The translations under genes were made by a program, and so were the position numbers. Below are positions 36,372 through 50,561 of a stretch of DNA of 64,000 nucleotides, in pieces (within the stretch, counting starts at the first letter, position 1; each line of letters starts with the position of its first letter). The notes under the pieces were generated by a model, which was not told where the DNA came from, did not search any database, and saw only the letters and a list, made by a program, of their open reading frames with translations. Source of the stretch: Vicugna vicugna (lineage: Eukaryota); contig MU058139.1 of assembly GCA_013265495.1 (NCBI GenBank), positions 124,001 through 188,000 on the forward strand. Direction: 5' to 3'.

Positions 36372-36451
36372 CAAATGTAGTGCTTTGTACACACCGGCAC
36401 TGAAACACAGCAAATGTGACTGTCTTGCTGACCATCCTGTCTTTGTTTCAG

Positions 36452-36553
36452 ACCATTGAGCAAAAGGTTTGCAGCAGCAACCCCTGCCAACACGGTGGAA
36501 CCTGCCTCAACCTCCATGGTTCCTTTTTTTGTATCTGTCCCTCCCAGTGGAAG
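36452..36553 (+). CDS. CUBN: Cubilin exon 5 (EGF1)
   Basis: [34 protein letters not shown]. Confidence 0.96.
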
Positions 36554-37217
36554 GTGAGTCACTTGGTCTGGGGTTAAAAATGATGGTGAGTCAGCATCGG
36601 TGGTTTCTTGGGAACCCTTCAGAATCCTATTTCATTCTCTGTCCAGGGTTTCCAGGATTCTGTGGTCTCCCAAATCAGAATGAATTATGGCATGAATGCC
36701 AAAATCCAAACAGTGGCGAGCGTGATTATATAGCCCACTGCACGCGAAGCCCTCTTAAGGAGGGGTTCACTTGATTGGACAACCACAGGGAAGGGCGTGA
36801 TAGTCCTGCTGACATTAATTGAAATTGTTCAGCATTGAATGTACTAAACACATCTCGACCTAGCCCTGCCAGTTCTCCTGCCCTCTTCTGTTAACGATGG
36901 GAGTGCTATCTGACACACGCAGTGAAGAAAAGTGAAGTGGCTAGTCCCAGGCATAGCTCCACAGGGAAGTGAGGATGAGTTGGTAGAAGGAATTCTCTGG
37001 TGTGGCTGATGTGATCTTATGAAGAAGCTCTCTGGCTCTGTTGGGCCACCTCTGAGTTCCAGAGGAAGGATGACCCGAGGTCAGTTTTAACATGATGGCA
37101 TTTGACTGAGGGCTTCTTTCCTGCCCATCTGTCAATCCTCAGACGTATCATGTGAATATTGGCCCCAGAGGCCTCTGTGACCTGTGGCACCCGACTTTGT
37201 TCTCTGTATGAACGCAG

Positions 37218-37321
37218 GGTCCTCTGTGCTCAGTGGACATTAACGAATGTGAGATTTACGCGGGGACACCGTTGGGCTGCCAGAACGGAGCCACCTGTAT
37301 AAATACAGCAGGGAGTTACAG
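37218..37321 (+). CDS. CUBN: Cubilin exon 6 (EGF2)
   Basis: [34 protein letters not shown](S). Confidence 0.96.
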
Positions 37322-40300
37322 GTAACTTTTTCCTTTTTTTTTTTTTTTAGCCCAATAAGTATTTATTTTTCATACTCATGGGTCAGCATATTAGCCACGG
37401 TGGCTCTGCTCCAGCTGGGTTTGCATGTCTCATTCTTGGGCCTTGGGCTGGGGGTGCCCCAGCTCCCTGAGGAATGTCCTTCTCCTGGCCAAGGTCAAAA
37501 GCTCCCAGAGAGTTGAAAAGAAACATATCAAGTCTCTGAAAGCTTTAGCTCAAAACTGTCACTTTTTCCTGTTTTTTAAATAAAATTGGGGTGTATTTTT
37601 GAAGGACTAAAACATCCCATGGTTAAGAGCATCTAAGATTAGCTATCTGTAGTACCAGCAAAACTAGGCGCTCCATGAGGAAGCTACGTGGCACTTCATT
37701 AGCGTACACGGAGCTGTTTACTTAGATGAAGAAAAGCTTGTGCGACCTCAACGCAGATGAAGAAATCCTTTCCCTGGAGCCCCTGTGGAACTGGAAGAAG
37801 GCCACCCCCCGTGGCTGGCATAAAGAGTGTGGATGGCATGGTACAGGATAAGGCTGGAGATGCAGGAGTCAGAGCATCGAAGGGGCAGCCACTGAAGAAG
37901 AGCTTAAGGAAGGAGAGGGAGACCCCACCATCCCAGCCAGCCACTGCTGCACTCATTCTGTAGATGAGAGAGCTGGCAGATTTAGTAAAGGTATCTCCGT
38001 TCAAGCGCTAGGTACAGTGTAGACCATCACCAGACCAGAGATGGAACAGGTTTTACAGCTAACTGTCCTTTCTCTCTTCCATTAGCCATCAGGCCCCTTA
38101 CTGCATGCGGCTCCTGTCTTCTCTTCTGAATGACTCCGTCAGATGGCTTGTGTACAGCATTCTCCCACTCAGCTCAGGCACCCCCCCCCCACAGGAAGTC
38201 TTCCCTTCCCTTAAGAAGCCCAGTTAGGCATCCCAGCGCCTCGTTGTTCTCACCAGACTCTCCGGATCTGGTCATTAAAGCTATATTGATTGGTGCACCG
38301 TCTTGTCAATAATCAAGGCCCAAAGTTTATGGCAGGTCAATGTCAAACTTCCTTCTGTATAGTTCCTTGAAATCACCTTTAGAAAATCTTTAGGCATGAT
38401 CTGTCCCCATAGTTTGGCTGGTCTCCTGTTTCCTGTGATTATTAAAAGATAAAGAAATTGGTTCAGTTACGGCAAATCCTCTCGGGCACAGTCTCACTGG
38501 AGTAAAGAACAATCATTTCTCTCCCCCCAGGGTCCCTGCTCTCTTGTTCTTCCCTTGGAACAAGATCCATTCTCTTCTTTCCAACAAAAAGGAGTGCAGT
38601 AATTTTTTTTTTTTTTGCCTTGTCATCTGTGAACACACTATTTTCTCCCAGAGTCGCCACAATCTTTCTCTTTTTCATTGATTTAGTTGATCCTTTTGTT
38701 CTTTTGATCTGATCTTAAAAATGTTTGCTCATTCCAAGTTACCAACTTAACTCATTCAAACTTCTGGTGGATACGTCTATGAGTTTGAGCAGTGTGCAAC
38801 CCCCAAGTTAACCACCTCTCACTGAAATGAAGTATGTGATCCAAGAGCCTTTTGCTTTCTGGATTTCGTTTCTCATTTAAAGGAATCTCCTGATCCCTGC
38901 TTTCATAAACATGCAAACTTGGGCTGGATCCAGAATGCAGGTCTAATCTTTCATTCCCTTGAAAGCATTATCTCCTGATTTCTGTTTATGGGCATTTATC
39001 AGAGAAGATTTCTGCGTGGAGATATCGGTGGCAAAGAACTCCTGGCACTGATAACGTCCCATCTTGCTGGTATCCAGGAATGTCCTGGAGATGAGAGCTC
39101 ACTCTTGGTCTTTATTATCACTGTCTTCTTGAATCTTGAAGCCAACACACTAACAAAGACGTGCAGCCAAGGGCAGTGAGACCCATAGACCAAGCCAGAA
39201 TGGTTTCCCCCACACAGACAAAACTGTATTTTCACCGTTGCAAAATGGAAAGGAAAAGAAAAAAATTAACATGAGAATTTGCTGCATGTCAAGATTAGTT
39301 ATTTGTCCCGATACGTGAAAGCGAGACAAAGAGAGACACAGAGACACAGAGACAGAGACAGACAGAGCAGAACCACTTTATTTGTTGAGAGCTGCCCAAA
39401 CAGCAGATTCAACTTTAGAAGGGCGACACTGAATCATCTGTCTTGCATGCTCCTGTAAAAGGAGCCCATGGACTCATTGTGCTGACTCTGGAAGTGGTTT
39501 GGTTTCTTGTTTCTGCCTTTCATATGCAGGAGGTGACTAGAGAGCACAGCATTTCAGTCTGGTTTCCTCCTCTTGATAAAGGGGATAGTTTAGGGAGCCT
39601 CATGAATTCCAGTTGATTATCTATGACCTAAATACTCCAGTTCAGACATACGATGAAGACTTTGTGAAGGAATAAAAGAGACAAATGTGGGTGAGCATAA
39701 GATTAAATGCTCGCCTTGTGGAATCTACGTGACATGAAAGAGATGACTTACTCTCTCGAGTTCTGTTAATCATGTAAGGATAAATCCTTGTTAATCAGTA
39801 GCTTCCCTGAGACCAGAAACCCCCTCTGGAAACTTCATGGGGCATTTGCTGAAGGAAGACTTGAGCTGCTATTGAATAATCTGGATGTGAAGAAATGTGG
39901 CCGCCGTGGGAAGCATCTGTGTTGAGTTTGAAGCCTCCTTCAGCCTCTAATTCTTGGAGCCCATTTATTTGGGGGAGACAAAGCTGTCTTTATTTAAAAG
40001 GATTAATAATTTTTTAATTAGAAGGACATTTGGAAGAGAAAACACTAGGCAAATAATAATTAATTGGAAGCCCCATTTCATAGAAAAATTTTTGGTACAA
40101 ATTCTTTTTTTAGGATAATGACAGTAGAGCAAGGAAAACCATGATCTGTTTCCTCCGGTTTCTGTGGCTCATGGTCTTGTCCCAGGTGCTCAGACAGCTA
40201 ACAGACAATATTTTGCCGCTCCTCAAAAGTGCATTTGCCTTTTTTTTTCTGAAGATTGATTCTTATTGTTTCCTGATTTACTATCAGTTTAAAACAGCCC

Positions 40301-43295
40301 ATGGGATCCAAATATGCCATGCATGGATGGGGTATGTTATATACTTCAGGCACAGAATCTAGAAGGCTTTATAGAAAAAAAAAAGTAGAATTTGTTGTTT
40401 TGTTTTCCTCTAGGAGCACAAAGATGATTATATTTTATTTTATTTATTTTCATTCTTACCATTGGTGGATTTTAAAACCGACCGAGGTTAAATGATGAGG
40501 ATAATAATCTGGTTTCAGCTCAGATCATAGTTACGTATTAATCTGATTACCTCTTTTAGTTAGTCAGTTACATTAAAATTGAACCATGGACTCGAATGCA
40601 AGTTAAACTATGACTTTGAAAGTATATGTGACCTCTTTTCCATTGCCAAATGCACTTGCAGTGTTTTTGAAGACTGAAAAGCCCAGTTTTGTTTTGCTGG
40701 AACCAAATCAGCAATGGAAGGTCATTACAAAAGTGACTTCTGCAGGGACTTGTACACTTCACTCCTCTTTTTCTTTAAAGGGACACCTTGAAAACACATT
40801 TTGCATGTAAACACTGTGATGTTAAAAAGACAGGCAAAAATGGAAAGTCTTCAACTAACTCTCACTTTCAGAACGTGGGAATGTGACACGGAAAAACAAT
40901 GGTACAGGAATAACGCTGACCAAGTTTTAATTCATCTTTTGCCAGTTGCTAATTTTGCACCTTGTGCAATTTGAACCTTGCCAGTAAAGTGGGATTAAAA
41001 ATACTTGTCTTCCAGGATCATAGTGAGGAAATTGCTAGTGTACTTGGCTTCCTTCCTCCCTACCTCTTTCTTTTTTCTCGCATTATCTGAAATGAAAGAA
41101 GTATACTTTGTAACTGTTTAAGGAAGCGTGTAGGATTAAAATCTACTCATCTCTCAATGACAATAGCAAGGGAGAGAGAAAGAGAGGATTTAACAGCAGG
41201 TCCTTGCACCAGAATCTCTCAAATCTCAAGTCCTTTTCCAATAGTAAAACACTTAGTGATGAGATAAACACAGTTTCCTGAGCACTTCCTACAGGAAAAT
41301 GCCTTTAGACCCCAAGGTGAAAACTGTGCTCACCGATTGCCATTATTATTTTACAAAAAAATGGAGGCAGAAGGAGTGATGTTATTATGACATTGTCTAG
41401 GGTGAATAGTGAATAGGCTGAGTCAAGATTTAAACCTAGGCATTCTTGTCCCATGGGCTCCTGAATTCTCAGACATCTCATACATGATCGACTCAGAAAT
41501 CTAGTTATAGTTGGTTTAAAGATTAAAAAAAAATTTTTTTTTGGCAGGTGGAGGTGCTGATAAAATAAACTTTTATCCAGGAAGCCACCTGGATCAAATC
41601 CTCAAATGTGTTTAGAAATGGCCTATAGTTCTAGCATCTTTAAGAGTCTAATCAAATTCTCTGAAATAATATTCTGGGGAAGGATGGGAAAGCAAAGAGG
41701 AAAGGAAAGAGAATATGAGAGGGGGAGGGTGGAAAGCAAGAGATGAGAAGCAGATAAATAGCTGTGGGGAGGGAAGGACTAATTGAGTTTCTTTTTTAAG
41801 TCTAATCATGGATTGCTATTAACCTGTGACCTTGTCTTAATGAGAAAGGCAACCTTGGAAGGCTCAGAAATGTAACTTCTTAATGGACCAGCTTTTACAC
41901 AACTATGTATCAATGTTGCAAATTGCATGGGACATACTTATCCCCCCCAAAGTATTCATTCATCTGAAATTCAAATTTTCAACTGGGCATCCTGTATCTT
42001 TATCTGCTAGTTCTGGCAACCCTCTGTGTGAGGGCCTGAACAATACCCACCATACTCTTCCTCTCCATCTCTGGCCACATTCATTGATCTGCTCTTCCTT
42101 AGAACCCACTCAGATGAGCTGCCCCAGCAGTTGTTTCTGGGGCCCTCCATGGGGAGACCACGCTCTGTGCCCAGAGCGTAGCTCTTGTTGCTACTCATTT
42201 CCCTCGCTGTCAATCACATGTTTGTTTTTACCCACAGACATCAGCTGAGCTCTTTGTGCCTCAATATGTGTTGTTAAAAGAACTTCCTGACCTGGCACAG
42301 TGGCCCCTTTACTGAAACACTCAGAAACAAGTTCAAGGTCCACGGCCATACAGGTCCTCCTCATTCTTTGTTTCTGATCCTCGCCCCCAGTGGCCAGTTT
42401 CTTTTCTGAGGGCCAGTGTGGCTGGAGTCAGGCAGACAGTGACCTCTGGGCCGGGCTCTCACTCCCAACACGGGTGCTCCAACGCATGGAATTAAGTCTA
42501 GGGGACTGGGGGATGCCTCTGCCCCTGCCCCTGCCCCTCCCCCAGCCACCGTCCCACTCTGTCCTGGTTCCCTCTGTAGCTGGCAGTACAGACATAGAGC
42601 TAACAGCAACTTTGAGATGATGATAGCTTAAAACAATTGTATTTATTTGCTCATTACTGAACTGAAATCTCAAAACACCCACTGCTAGCTTAGCTATCAT
42701 GTAATAATTACACTGTGTGAGTTACAATGATCTAGGAAATAAATGTTACTATGTTAATTACATCCATGGATAGAAGTACTGCCTTCCTAGTATAATCATC
42801 ATCACAGACTCTGAGACGCGGATATGCCATTGCCTGTGAGGTCATACAAGCTGAGAGAACATTTGGTGATTTATCTGTTCAGTCAAGGTCACCTGTGCTT
42901 ACTCGTGGGTCCAGTAAGGGTGGGTGGACAATGAATGGACTTGACGACCTCTCCCTTTCCCAACTGGAATGAACTCCAACCCCCTTAGTTTATAGATGCC
43001 TGACCTTTGAGAGTGCAGCTGGATGACCTGATATCAGAAGAATTTATAGCGGTAGTCATGCTCCTCTCACCCCATATTTCAGAAGATAACACATTTACTC
43101 AATCTGCCCCATAAAGGGCAGAGTGATCTTCTTCCAAAACTCCAGCCAATAAATCTGGTTTGCTGGTTTATGATTCCACTGGAACATCACTGACTTGCAA
43201 TTGGAATTACTACTTTTTTTTTTAATCGATGCTAAGAAAGCAGACATGCTCTCTGAAGCACCAGCAGTGACTTTGTGCTCTTGTGCAACCAACAG

Positions 43296-43422
43296 TTGTC
43301 TCTGCTCCCCTGAGAACCACGGCCCCCAGTGTGCATCCAAATATGATGACTGTGAAGGGGGCTCCCGGTTGCACTGTGTCCACGGCGTCTGCGAGGATCT
43401 GGTCCGAGTGCAGGCTGGACAG
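43296..43422 (+). CDS. CUBN: Cubilin exon 7 (EGF region)
   Basis: [42 protein letters not shown]. Confidence 0.96.
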
Positions 43423-44382
43423 GTGGGTTCCTTCATGGGTGGGATTCCTTGGAGGGAGTCCTGGTCATTAGCTCCTCATTATATGTAACTGTGAATGAGC
43501 AGGACCCTGTGGGGCTGCAGAGAGGAAGTCACCTTCTGCCCTTAAGCCGGGCATAGGTGAAGGAGGAGATGAGAATTGTCCATCAATAAGCAGAAAGGGA
43601 CCCAGGGGTTGATGTTGTTATGTACTAACTTTTTTATTACTCCTTCATGAATCTCCCTGTGAGACATGACCTTCTCTTGGCCTTGTGAGTTTTAACAGTG
43701 ACAAGACATGGGGACATAAAGGCCCGCCCTTGTTTGCAGCATGCAGCTTTAAGGAGTCAGGATTTTTTTTCTGACCCCTGAGCCCTGTGAGTGCTGCAGA
43801 CTCTGTGAGCCCATTTCCCCAAGTGTCCCCTGTGCTCTGAGCCCTGATGACCCTGACTCCTGGCCCTCAAGGTCGCCCAGCCCTGGTCTGCTTGACCTTG
43901 CATGAGACCTTCAGGCCTTTTTTTTTAGTTCTATTTTTTTTCTACCCATGTGATGGAAAATGTTTCTCTTCCAACGAGGGTGGGAGGGGGGATGTGGGTG
44001 GGACCTTCAAAAAGGAAACAAACAGAATTGATTTTCCAAGGTCTGTGCCTACATGGGTGTTTTTCCCTCTGAAAGCACAGCAGGCTGAGTTGATTGACTT
44101 TAATTATATTGACTTAACAGCTCTTGACTGTTGTTGCTCGTTCCCTGGCTTCTTTGGGGGGCAAATTGTAGGTTTCCCTTACTCTGAAATAAAGTTTCTC
44201 TTTTTGCATGGTCTGGTCTAAATGCTTAATCACATGGGAAGAAAAGGAGCGGCTGCTCAGTTGGCCTCATGGAAATGAACGAACGTTAGAAAATAAACAG
44301 TCGGGGGGCTCAGTGGAATTTGGAAGGCTTTTCTCGCTCATTTTCTTGATTGTCTTCCTTCACACCCGGGTTGTCCTGCCAG

Positions 44383-44545
44383 CCCAAGTACAGCTGCATC
44401 TGCGATGCTGGGTGGACGTCCCCCTCCGACAGCACAGCCTGCACGCTGGACACAGATGAGTGCGGCCTCTGGCCTCCGCCTTGCTCATCACTTGTGCAAT
44501 GTTACAACACTCCAGGCTCCTTCTACTGCGGGGCCTGTCCAACAG
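44383..44545 (+). CDS. CUBN: Cubilin exon 8 (EGF region)
   Basis: PKYSCICDAGWTSPSDSTACTLDTDECGLWPPPCSSLVQCYNTPGSFYCGACPT(G). Confidence 0.96.
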
Positions 44546-45334
44546 GTAAGTGGGGTGTGTCTGCATCCAGCCAGGGGTGCCCTGCTGGCCTCTGCAGGCC
44601 AGCCAGGTAAGACGCCGGAACTGATTTCTTTCCACTGCCCAAGGACAAGAAGACCCTTCTTAGCAGGTGTTCCAATCCAGTTTCATGTCCTGTTTCACTA
44701 ACCCCCACTCCAGACCATCTAACTGGTTTAACAGTTCAACAGAAGTAATGGGAAATTTGTCCCAGCATAGCTAGAATCAGACATTGGGGCTGGGGTTGGC
44801 CATAGAGTTTGTGAGCTCACACACTTTATTGCTAGGGCCATCAACTGACTAGGCTTGGGATCAAAAAGACACGTGCTCTAGTTCCACCTTTTGTACCAGC
44901 CAGATGTTTGTAAACTTGGGCAAATTGATCTCTGAGTGTCTTCACTACCGTCCAGTGGTCCTCACCTGGATGCGTTGTTTGAAGACCCTGGAGCTTTGCT
45001 ATAAACAAGATGGTCCGGTTCCATCACAAACCCAGAGAGGCCAAACCTCAAAGGGAGGTCACATGTCCAGTCACTGGGAACATGGACTCAGGATTTGACT
45101 GCGTGAGTTCGAGTCAAACTTAATGTTTTACTATGAGGTCATCATTATCCCGTTAGGGCATACTGGCAGAGCACCCGCTCTGAGCCAGGCGCTGAGCTGG
45201 GTGCACTGGTTAGCAATTGACCAGACCTCAGAGGGTTTACAAGGCCTGTCTGCCCTCCTTGGGTGTTCTCAAAAAGTGGAGCACAAGACTGGAGTGACAG
45301 CAGCTGCTCTTAATGAAAACGTCATCAGGGCATT

Positions 45335-45510
45335 GTGCTAGGCGACTTCGAATTCATGCAACTACGACAGAAACAAGAAATGGTAGGAATTAGTATTATT
45401 CCCATTTTAAAATATAAGACCTTGAGCCTAAGAGAAGGTAAATAACTTGCCCAAGATCCAAGAGCTTATCAGCGGCCAGGATTCAAACTCAGGTCTGCTT
45501 GACCGTGGGT
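45335..45510 (-). mobile_element. MIR SINE
   Basis: attattcccattttaa...aggtaaataacttgcccaagatc...ggattcaaactcaggtctg. Confidence 0.75.
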
Positions 45511-46925
45511 TAGAGCTGAGCTGCTGATTCTGTCTTGCCAGGGAACCCCACACACCTACTGCCTCATTTAAGGATGTCTGGTTTAGTGACTTTCTTCATG
45601 TTGTATGTTTCGATCTTATACAACTGGAAAGAAATGGAAAAAAAACACGTCAAGAACTTTTCCCTCTTAGTTCTCAGGGGCAAGCGAATTTTGCAGATAA
45701 TCACATTCTTTTTTTTTTAATAATCACATTCTTAAAGATAATTTGCCAATGACAATCTTTAAAAACTAGAAATTGAAAAAGTAAATTATTTCCTGTGTAA
45801 CTTGGGCAAACGCATTCTCATTTTGTTGTTGTTGTTGTTGTTAGAGAGGAAAAAGAGAAGCGAAACCTTTTTGTTTGGCTGTTAGTCACCTTATTTTTTC
45901 CTGACTATCAAAGCAAACTACGCTGCTTTTGAAATATAGAGAAACCATAAAAATATGAAAACAAAAACCAGAAAAAAATACATAGAACCACCGTTAATGT
46001 TTCAGGGTATATCCTTCCAGCTTTTTGCCGTGCACTCATTTCTTCACCTGCAAAGATGACCATTTTCTTTCATTTTTAGGAGAGATCACTACTTAGATCA
46101 AAGAAAATAAATACTTTATAGTATTTTAAAGTTTTAAAAATTTTAATCATTTGAATTATTAGTAATAAAACTCGTAACAAGTGAATAAAAAGGTCATGCC
46201 CATCAAGTAAAATGCCACTCTCTTTCTTCCTCTTTAAGCTCATTCTTCTGATAAGACCACTGCTTGCAACTATTCTCTCTCCTTTCTACCTTTACTTTAA
46301 CTCATACAGACACACATACCTAGATGTAGGTTTTGAAATAATTCGTTCCCCAAACTGAGATCCTAGCTCTGCATATCATTCTAATATTTGGTATCTTCAA
46401 TTCAAATGCATAGGGGAAATTCTTCCAATGTGTGTGTGCATATTATTAAAAATAGCTTTTATTTTCCAGTGGTGTAGATGAGTCATAATATATTCAGCTC
46501 TGCCCTTGTAGACCATTGAGAGTTGTTTTTTTCCCCCATTAAATGATGCTACAGTAGACATTTGCTTCTCTTCATCTTTTTACACTGGCAGTTTTATCAT
46601 TGTAGAATAAGTTCTAAGAAATGGAATTGTTAGTCCAAAGGTGTGTATTTAAAAATTTTTAATGAATACTCTTTCCAAATAGATTTGATTAATTTAACTT
46701 CTGACTAACAGCATATACGAGTACTCCATGCTCCCAACCTCTGTGCTAGAATTTCATTATAAGTTTTTAAAACAATTTTTGCCAATCTGATAGGTAGAGT
46801 ATATCTCATTTTAATCTGAAGTTTCTTATATAGGTAAGCAGGTTTGCGTATGTTTTTGACTATTTGTATTTCTTCTTTGCTCACATGTCGGTACAGCTAA
46901 CTTTTCAAATCTCCTGTTTTTCTAG

Positions 46926-47057
46926 GCTGGCAAGGAAATGGGTACATTTGTGAGGATGTCAATGAATGTGAGATAAATAATGGCGGTTGTTCCGTGGCTC
47001 CACCTGTCGAGTGTGTAAATACAGTTGGATCTTACTACTGTCGTTCCTGTCCGCCAG
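46926..47057 (+). CDS. CUBN: Cubilin exon 9 (EGF region)
   Basis: [43 protein letters not shown]; donor G|gtgcta. Confidence 0.95.
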
Positions 47058-47905
47058 GTGCTACACCAAATTTCCTGATAACCATCATAGATAAAGTATA
47101 CGTTTGAAAACAGGATCTCAGGTTCTATTTTAAATATGACTTCCATCTAAGGAGACGAACTGAATGGTGCAAAAAGCCAGTCAAATTATAAGAAAGAAAT
47201 AAAAAAAATTTTGAATATCACTGGAGAACAGCAAGCCTTTACAAACTGTGAAATACTCTATTGAGATAATGCTGAATTTGACAGATTTTTCTCTGTGGAT
47301 CACAGACCTACCGTTCCCACAAATAATTTATTAATATAATGAACTCATTGGATGTTTTCCATATAAAGTTTACTAAATTATAGACATAATAGTGAGCATA
47401 TCATACATGTTAGTTTCCCTTCTCTTCCAGAAAGAAGCCATGACTACTATTCACTAATCTAAAGTGAATTACTATCCAAGAAGTTCAGGGAGTTCTAAGG
47501 GATAAACTGAAACCCTGTATGTTTTATTAACAAGAAACAACAGTACTTTGGACTTCTGTAATAATTTAGCTCCAAGATCTTCAAAGTCACTGTAATTTAA
47601 AAATGTCAACTTCCTTAGTGTCCACAATTTCTAAGTCTACCAGTAGTTTCATGTATCTTTTTATTTTTATTTTTGTCATAAGAAACAACACAGAACATTG
47701 TTTCTGAAATCAGGTTCTTACTTCTTGTTGTTCCTTTGTCTTAACTATGGAATTTATTTGATGACACATTCTCTTTACATTTTCTGTTTTGATGACAGAA
47801 AGTCTCTGGTTGGCCTGGTTCGTGATATTTGGTGCTCAGGTGGGGATTCTTCTTCTTGCGTATTCCTAACAGCATTTTTCATGCCCTTGCTCTTGCTGTG
47901 ATCAG

Positions 47906-48001
47906 GGTACCAGGGCGATGGAAGAGTGTGCACACTCATAGACCTGTGCTCAGTGGATAACGGAGGCTGCCACCCACATGCGTCATGCTCCTCACTTCTG
48001 G
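47906..48001 (+). CDS. CUBN: Cubilin exon 10 (EGF region)
   Basis: YQGDGRVCTLIDLCSVDNGGCHPHASCSSLL. Confidence 0.95.
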
Positions 48002-49817
48002 GTAATGACTCATCTCTCCCTCTGGTTTGGGGTCTTTTAACATGACCTTCTAAAACAAATCAGCATTTTAAAATCAAGATCCTCTATGTTCAAAATTCTT
48101 ACTTTGATCTTCAAACTAAAAATTAATCCATGTTATAAAACTCTACATTTAGATTATTTTTTTGATGCAGTAGACTATGCTCTTATGATCTACTCTAAAT
48201 TTTGCAGTTATTTCCCAAGATAATAAAGCCAGCTGGTTGATCCATGACTGTATTCCAGCAGGAAGGAGAAAGGGAGACAGGAAGACCTGTCAATTCTCTT
48301 AAGGACTCCCCTTTCTATGCCTTTGGTCTGAACTAAGTGTAGTGGCTAAGCCTGGCTGCAAGGGAGTCTGGGAAATATAGTCTTTGTTTCAGGCACCCAT
48401 GCCCCTAGTTAAAATAAGGAGGTCACTACTAAGTAAGAGAAAATGGACTTAGGGTGAAAAACCAACAGGATCCGCCATGTTGCATGAAAGAAATTTCACC
48501 ACCTGTGTGTATTGCTAAATTTTCTCCCAAATATGTATCCACTTGTATACTCAGTAGTAGTATGTGAAAATATACATTTATCCCACTCTTGACCATAATG
48601 GATACTACTGTTATTTTTCATTTTGGTCAATTTTATAGGCAAAAATTGCCTTCTCATTATTTTAGTTTTGATTTAGTAATTTTTGATTCTCAGTAATTAA
48701 CAATGAATACTTTTCACATATTTGCTGGCCATGTAAAAATATTTTTCATGTCCCTTGATCATCCATCTGCTTTATTGACCTGTAAAATTAAATTTTGTAC
48801 TGTGAGGATATTATCTTGTTATCTTATGTGATACATGTATTCTCCTTTCCTAAAAACAACAAGTTGTTTTTATTTTAATTTTTCTATTTAGAAGTTTAAA
48901 CTTTTTATGTAGTCAGAAAGGTGAATCTTCTCTTTTAGGATTTCTCCTCTTAGAATTAGGCCTTTGCCACCAAACTCTTTAAAAATAACCAAGTAGCTGG
49001 TCTTTCATACTTCTATTTATTTCTAATATTAAAATCTTTGATCTTTTTGAGATTTATTTTAATCTATAGCATCACATAGAGATCTGGTTTGAAATGGGTG
49101 TCCCCAAATGCATTTATTGAACAATCCTTTGTTCAGTATCCCTTGTATCACATCCCTTTTATTTCAAAATACCCCTTTTATTTTTACCAACTTGCCATAT
49201 ATATGTGCATATATATATGTGTGTGTATATAAATATGTATGACATTTCAATATTTATTAAGTGATTAATGGCACATGGAAATGGTTAGGAGCATGAATTC
49301 TAGAAAAAGACTGGATTTTAATTTTTCCCTTGGCTCCACCATATTCTAGCTGTGTGTCCATGATCGAGGCTCTTAATTTCTCTGTGCATTGTCTTCATCT
49401 GTAAATGGAGTTTACAATAGAAGATTAAGTTAGTCAGTATGTGTACAGGGCACATACAGCAGATACCATCCTCATAAGAATAGTCTTTGCTGCTGTCAAC
49501 CCCTCCGTGAAAAGACGCTCCCCTTTCCTTTGGTGTATTTCACATCTGTGCACAACTCAGAACCGTGACCTATGGACTGACAGCGCCAGCATCACTCTGT
49601 AAACAGCGTAGTGAAAGTGTGTCATGTCTTTTTTACTTTCAAGATTGAAAACTAGAAAAATAAAGGTTCTAAGATTTCCTCCCACACCTCATCTTGTCTG
49701 CCCTGGGAGATTGATAGACTTCGGTGATTCCTGGTGTAGAATGCAGAGCCTGAGGTTTGCTACGGGGTCTAAATGGAGGAGACCTGTACTTACACTTCTG
49801 TTTTTATCTCGAAACAG

Positions 49818-49936
49818 GTTCCTTCCCTCTCTGCGCTTGTCTCCCGGGTTACACTGGAAACGGTTATGGGCTGAATGGATGTGTGCAACTCAGTAATACT
49901 TGCCTGGGTCACCCCTGTTTAAATGGACAATGCATT
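49818..49936 (+). CDS. CUBN: Cubilin exon 11 (EGF region)
   Basis: [39 protein letters not shown]. Confidence 0.96.
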
Positions 49937-50374
49937 GTGAGTCCTTCGTTCCTCCCAAGGAAACTGAGTACTGGAGAATCATTCTAGTTTCACTTCTGTG
50001 AAAAATGTTTTCTATGATTTATGAATTTTAAGGTAATGATTCAAGCTGAAGATAAGGAATGTCAATAACTTTCAGATAAAAGGTAGGCCACAACTCTAGT
50101 TCCCAGGAAGAATCAGTGAGTCAGTTCATTGCTTTGTCTCAGTGATTTACAAAGCGGTAAAACAAAACCTACAGTGGGATCCAAATAAAGCTGATTTCTT
50201 ATACTTTGCGTTTACCATTTAAACAAATTAATCTGAGTTAGGCTATTGGAAGATGTTTATGGTTCAACAGCTTCCGCATATTATACATAGCACTGCTTTG
50301 CTTTATTACTTGGGTTGATTCAAGTTGATCGTCTGTCCCTTTGTTGTGTGACATGATGTTTCTTCTTTCCTTAG

Positions 50375-50561
50375 GAAACAGTCTCCGGTTATCTTTGTAA
50401 GTGCGAATCAGGTTGGACTGGTGTCAACTGCACAGAAAACATTGATGAGTGTCTGAGCAACCCTTGTTTGAATGGGGGAACCTGTGTCGACAGCATTAAT
50501 GCTTTCAGCTGTGAATGCACACCTTTCTGGACCGGATCTCTCTGTCACGTTCCCCAGCAAG
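50375..50561 (+). CDS. CUBN: Cubilin exon 12 (last EGF repeats)
   Basis: [62 protein letters not shown]. Confidence 0.96.

Noticed and set aside
37322..37350. Polypyrimidine tract plus AG right after the CUBN exon 6 donor as a micro-intron
   Set aside because: About 29 nt is too short for a mammalian intron; the frame joins correctly to exon 7 at 43296.
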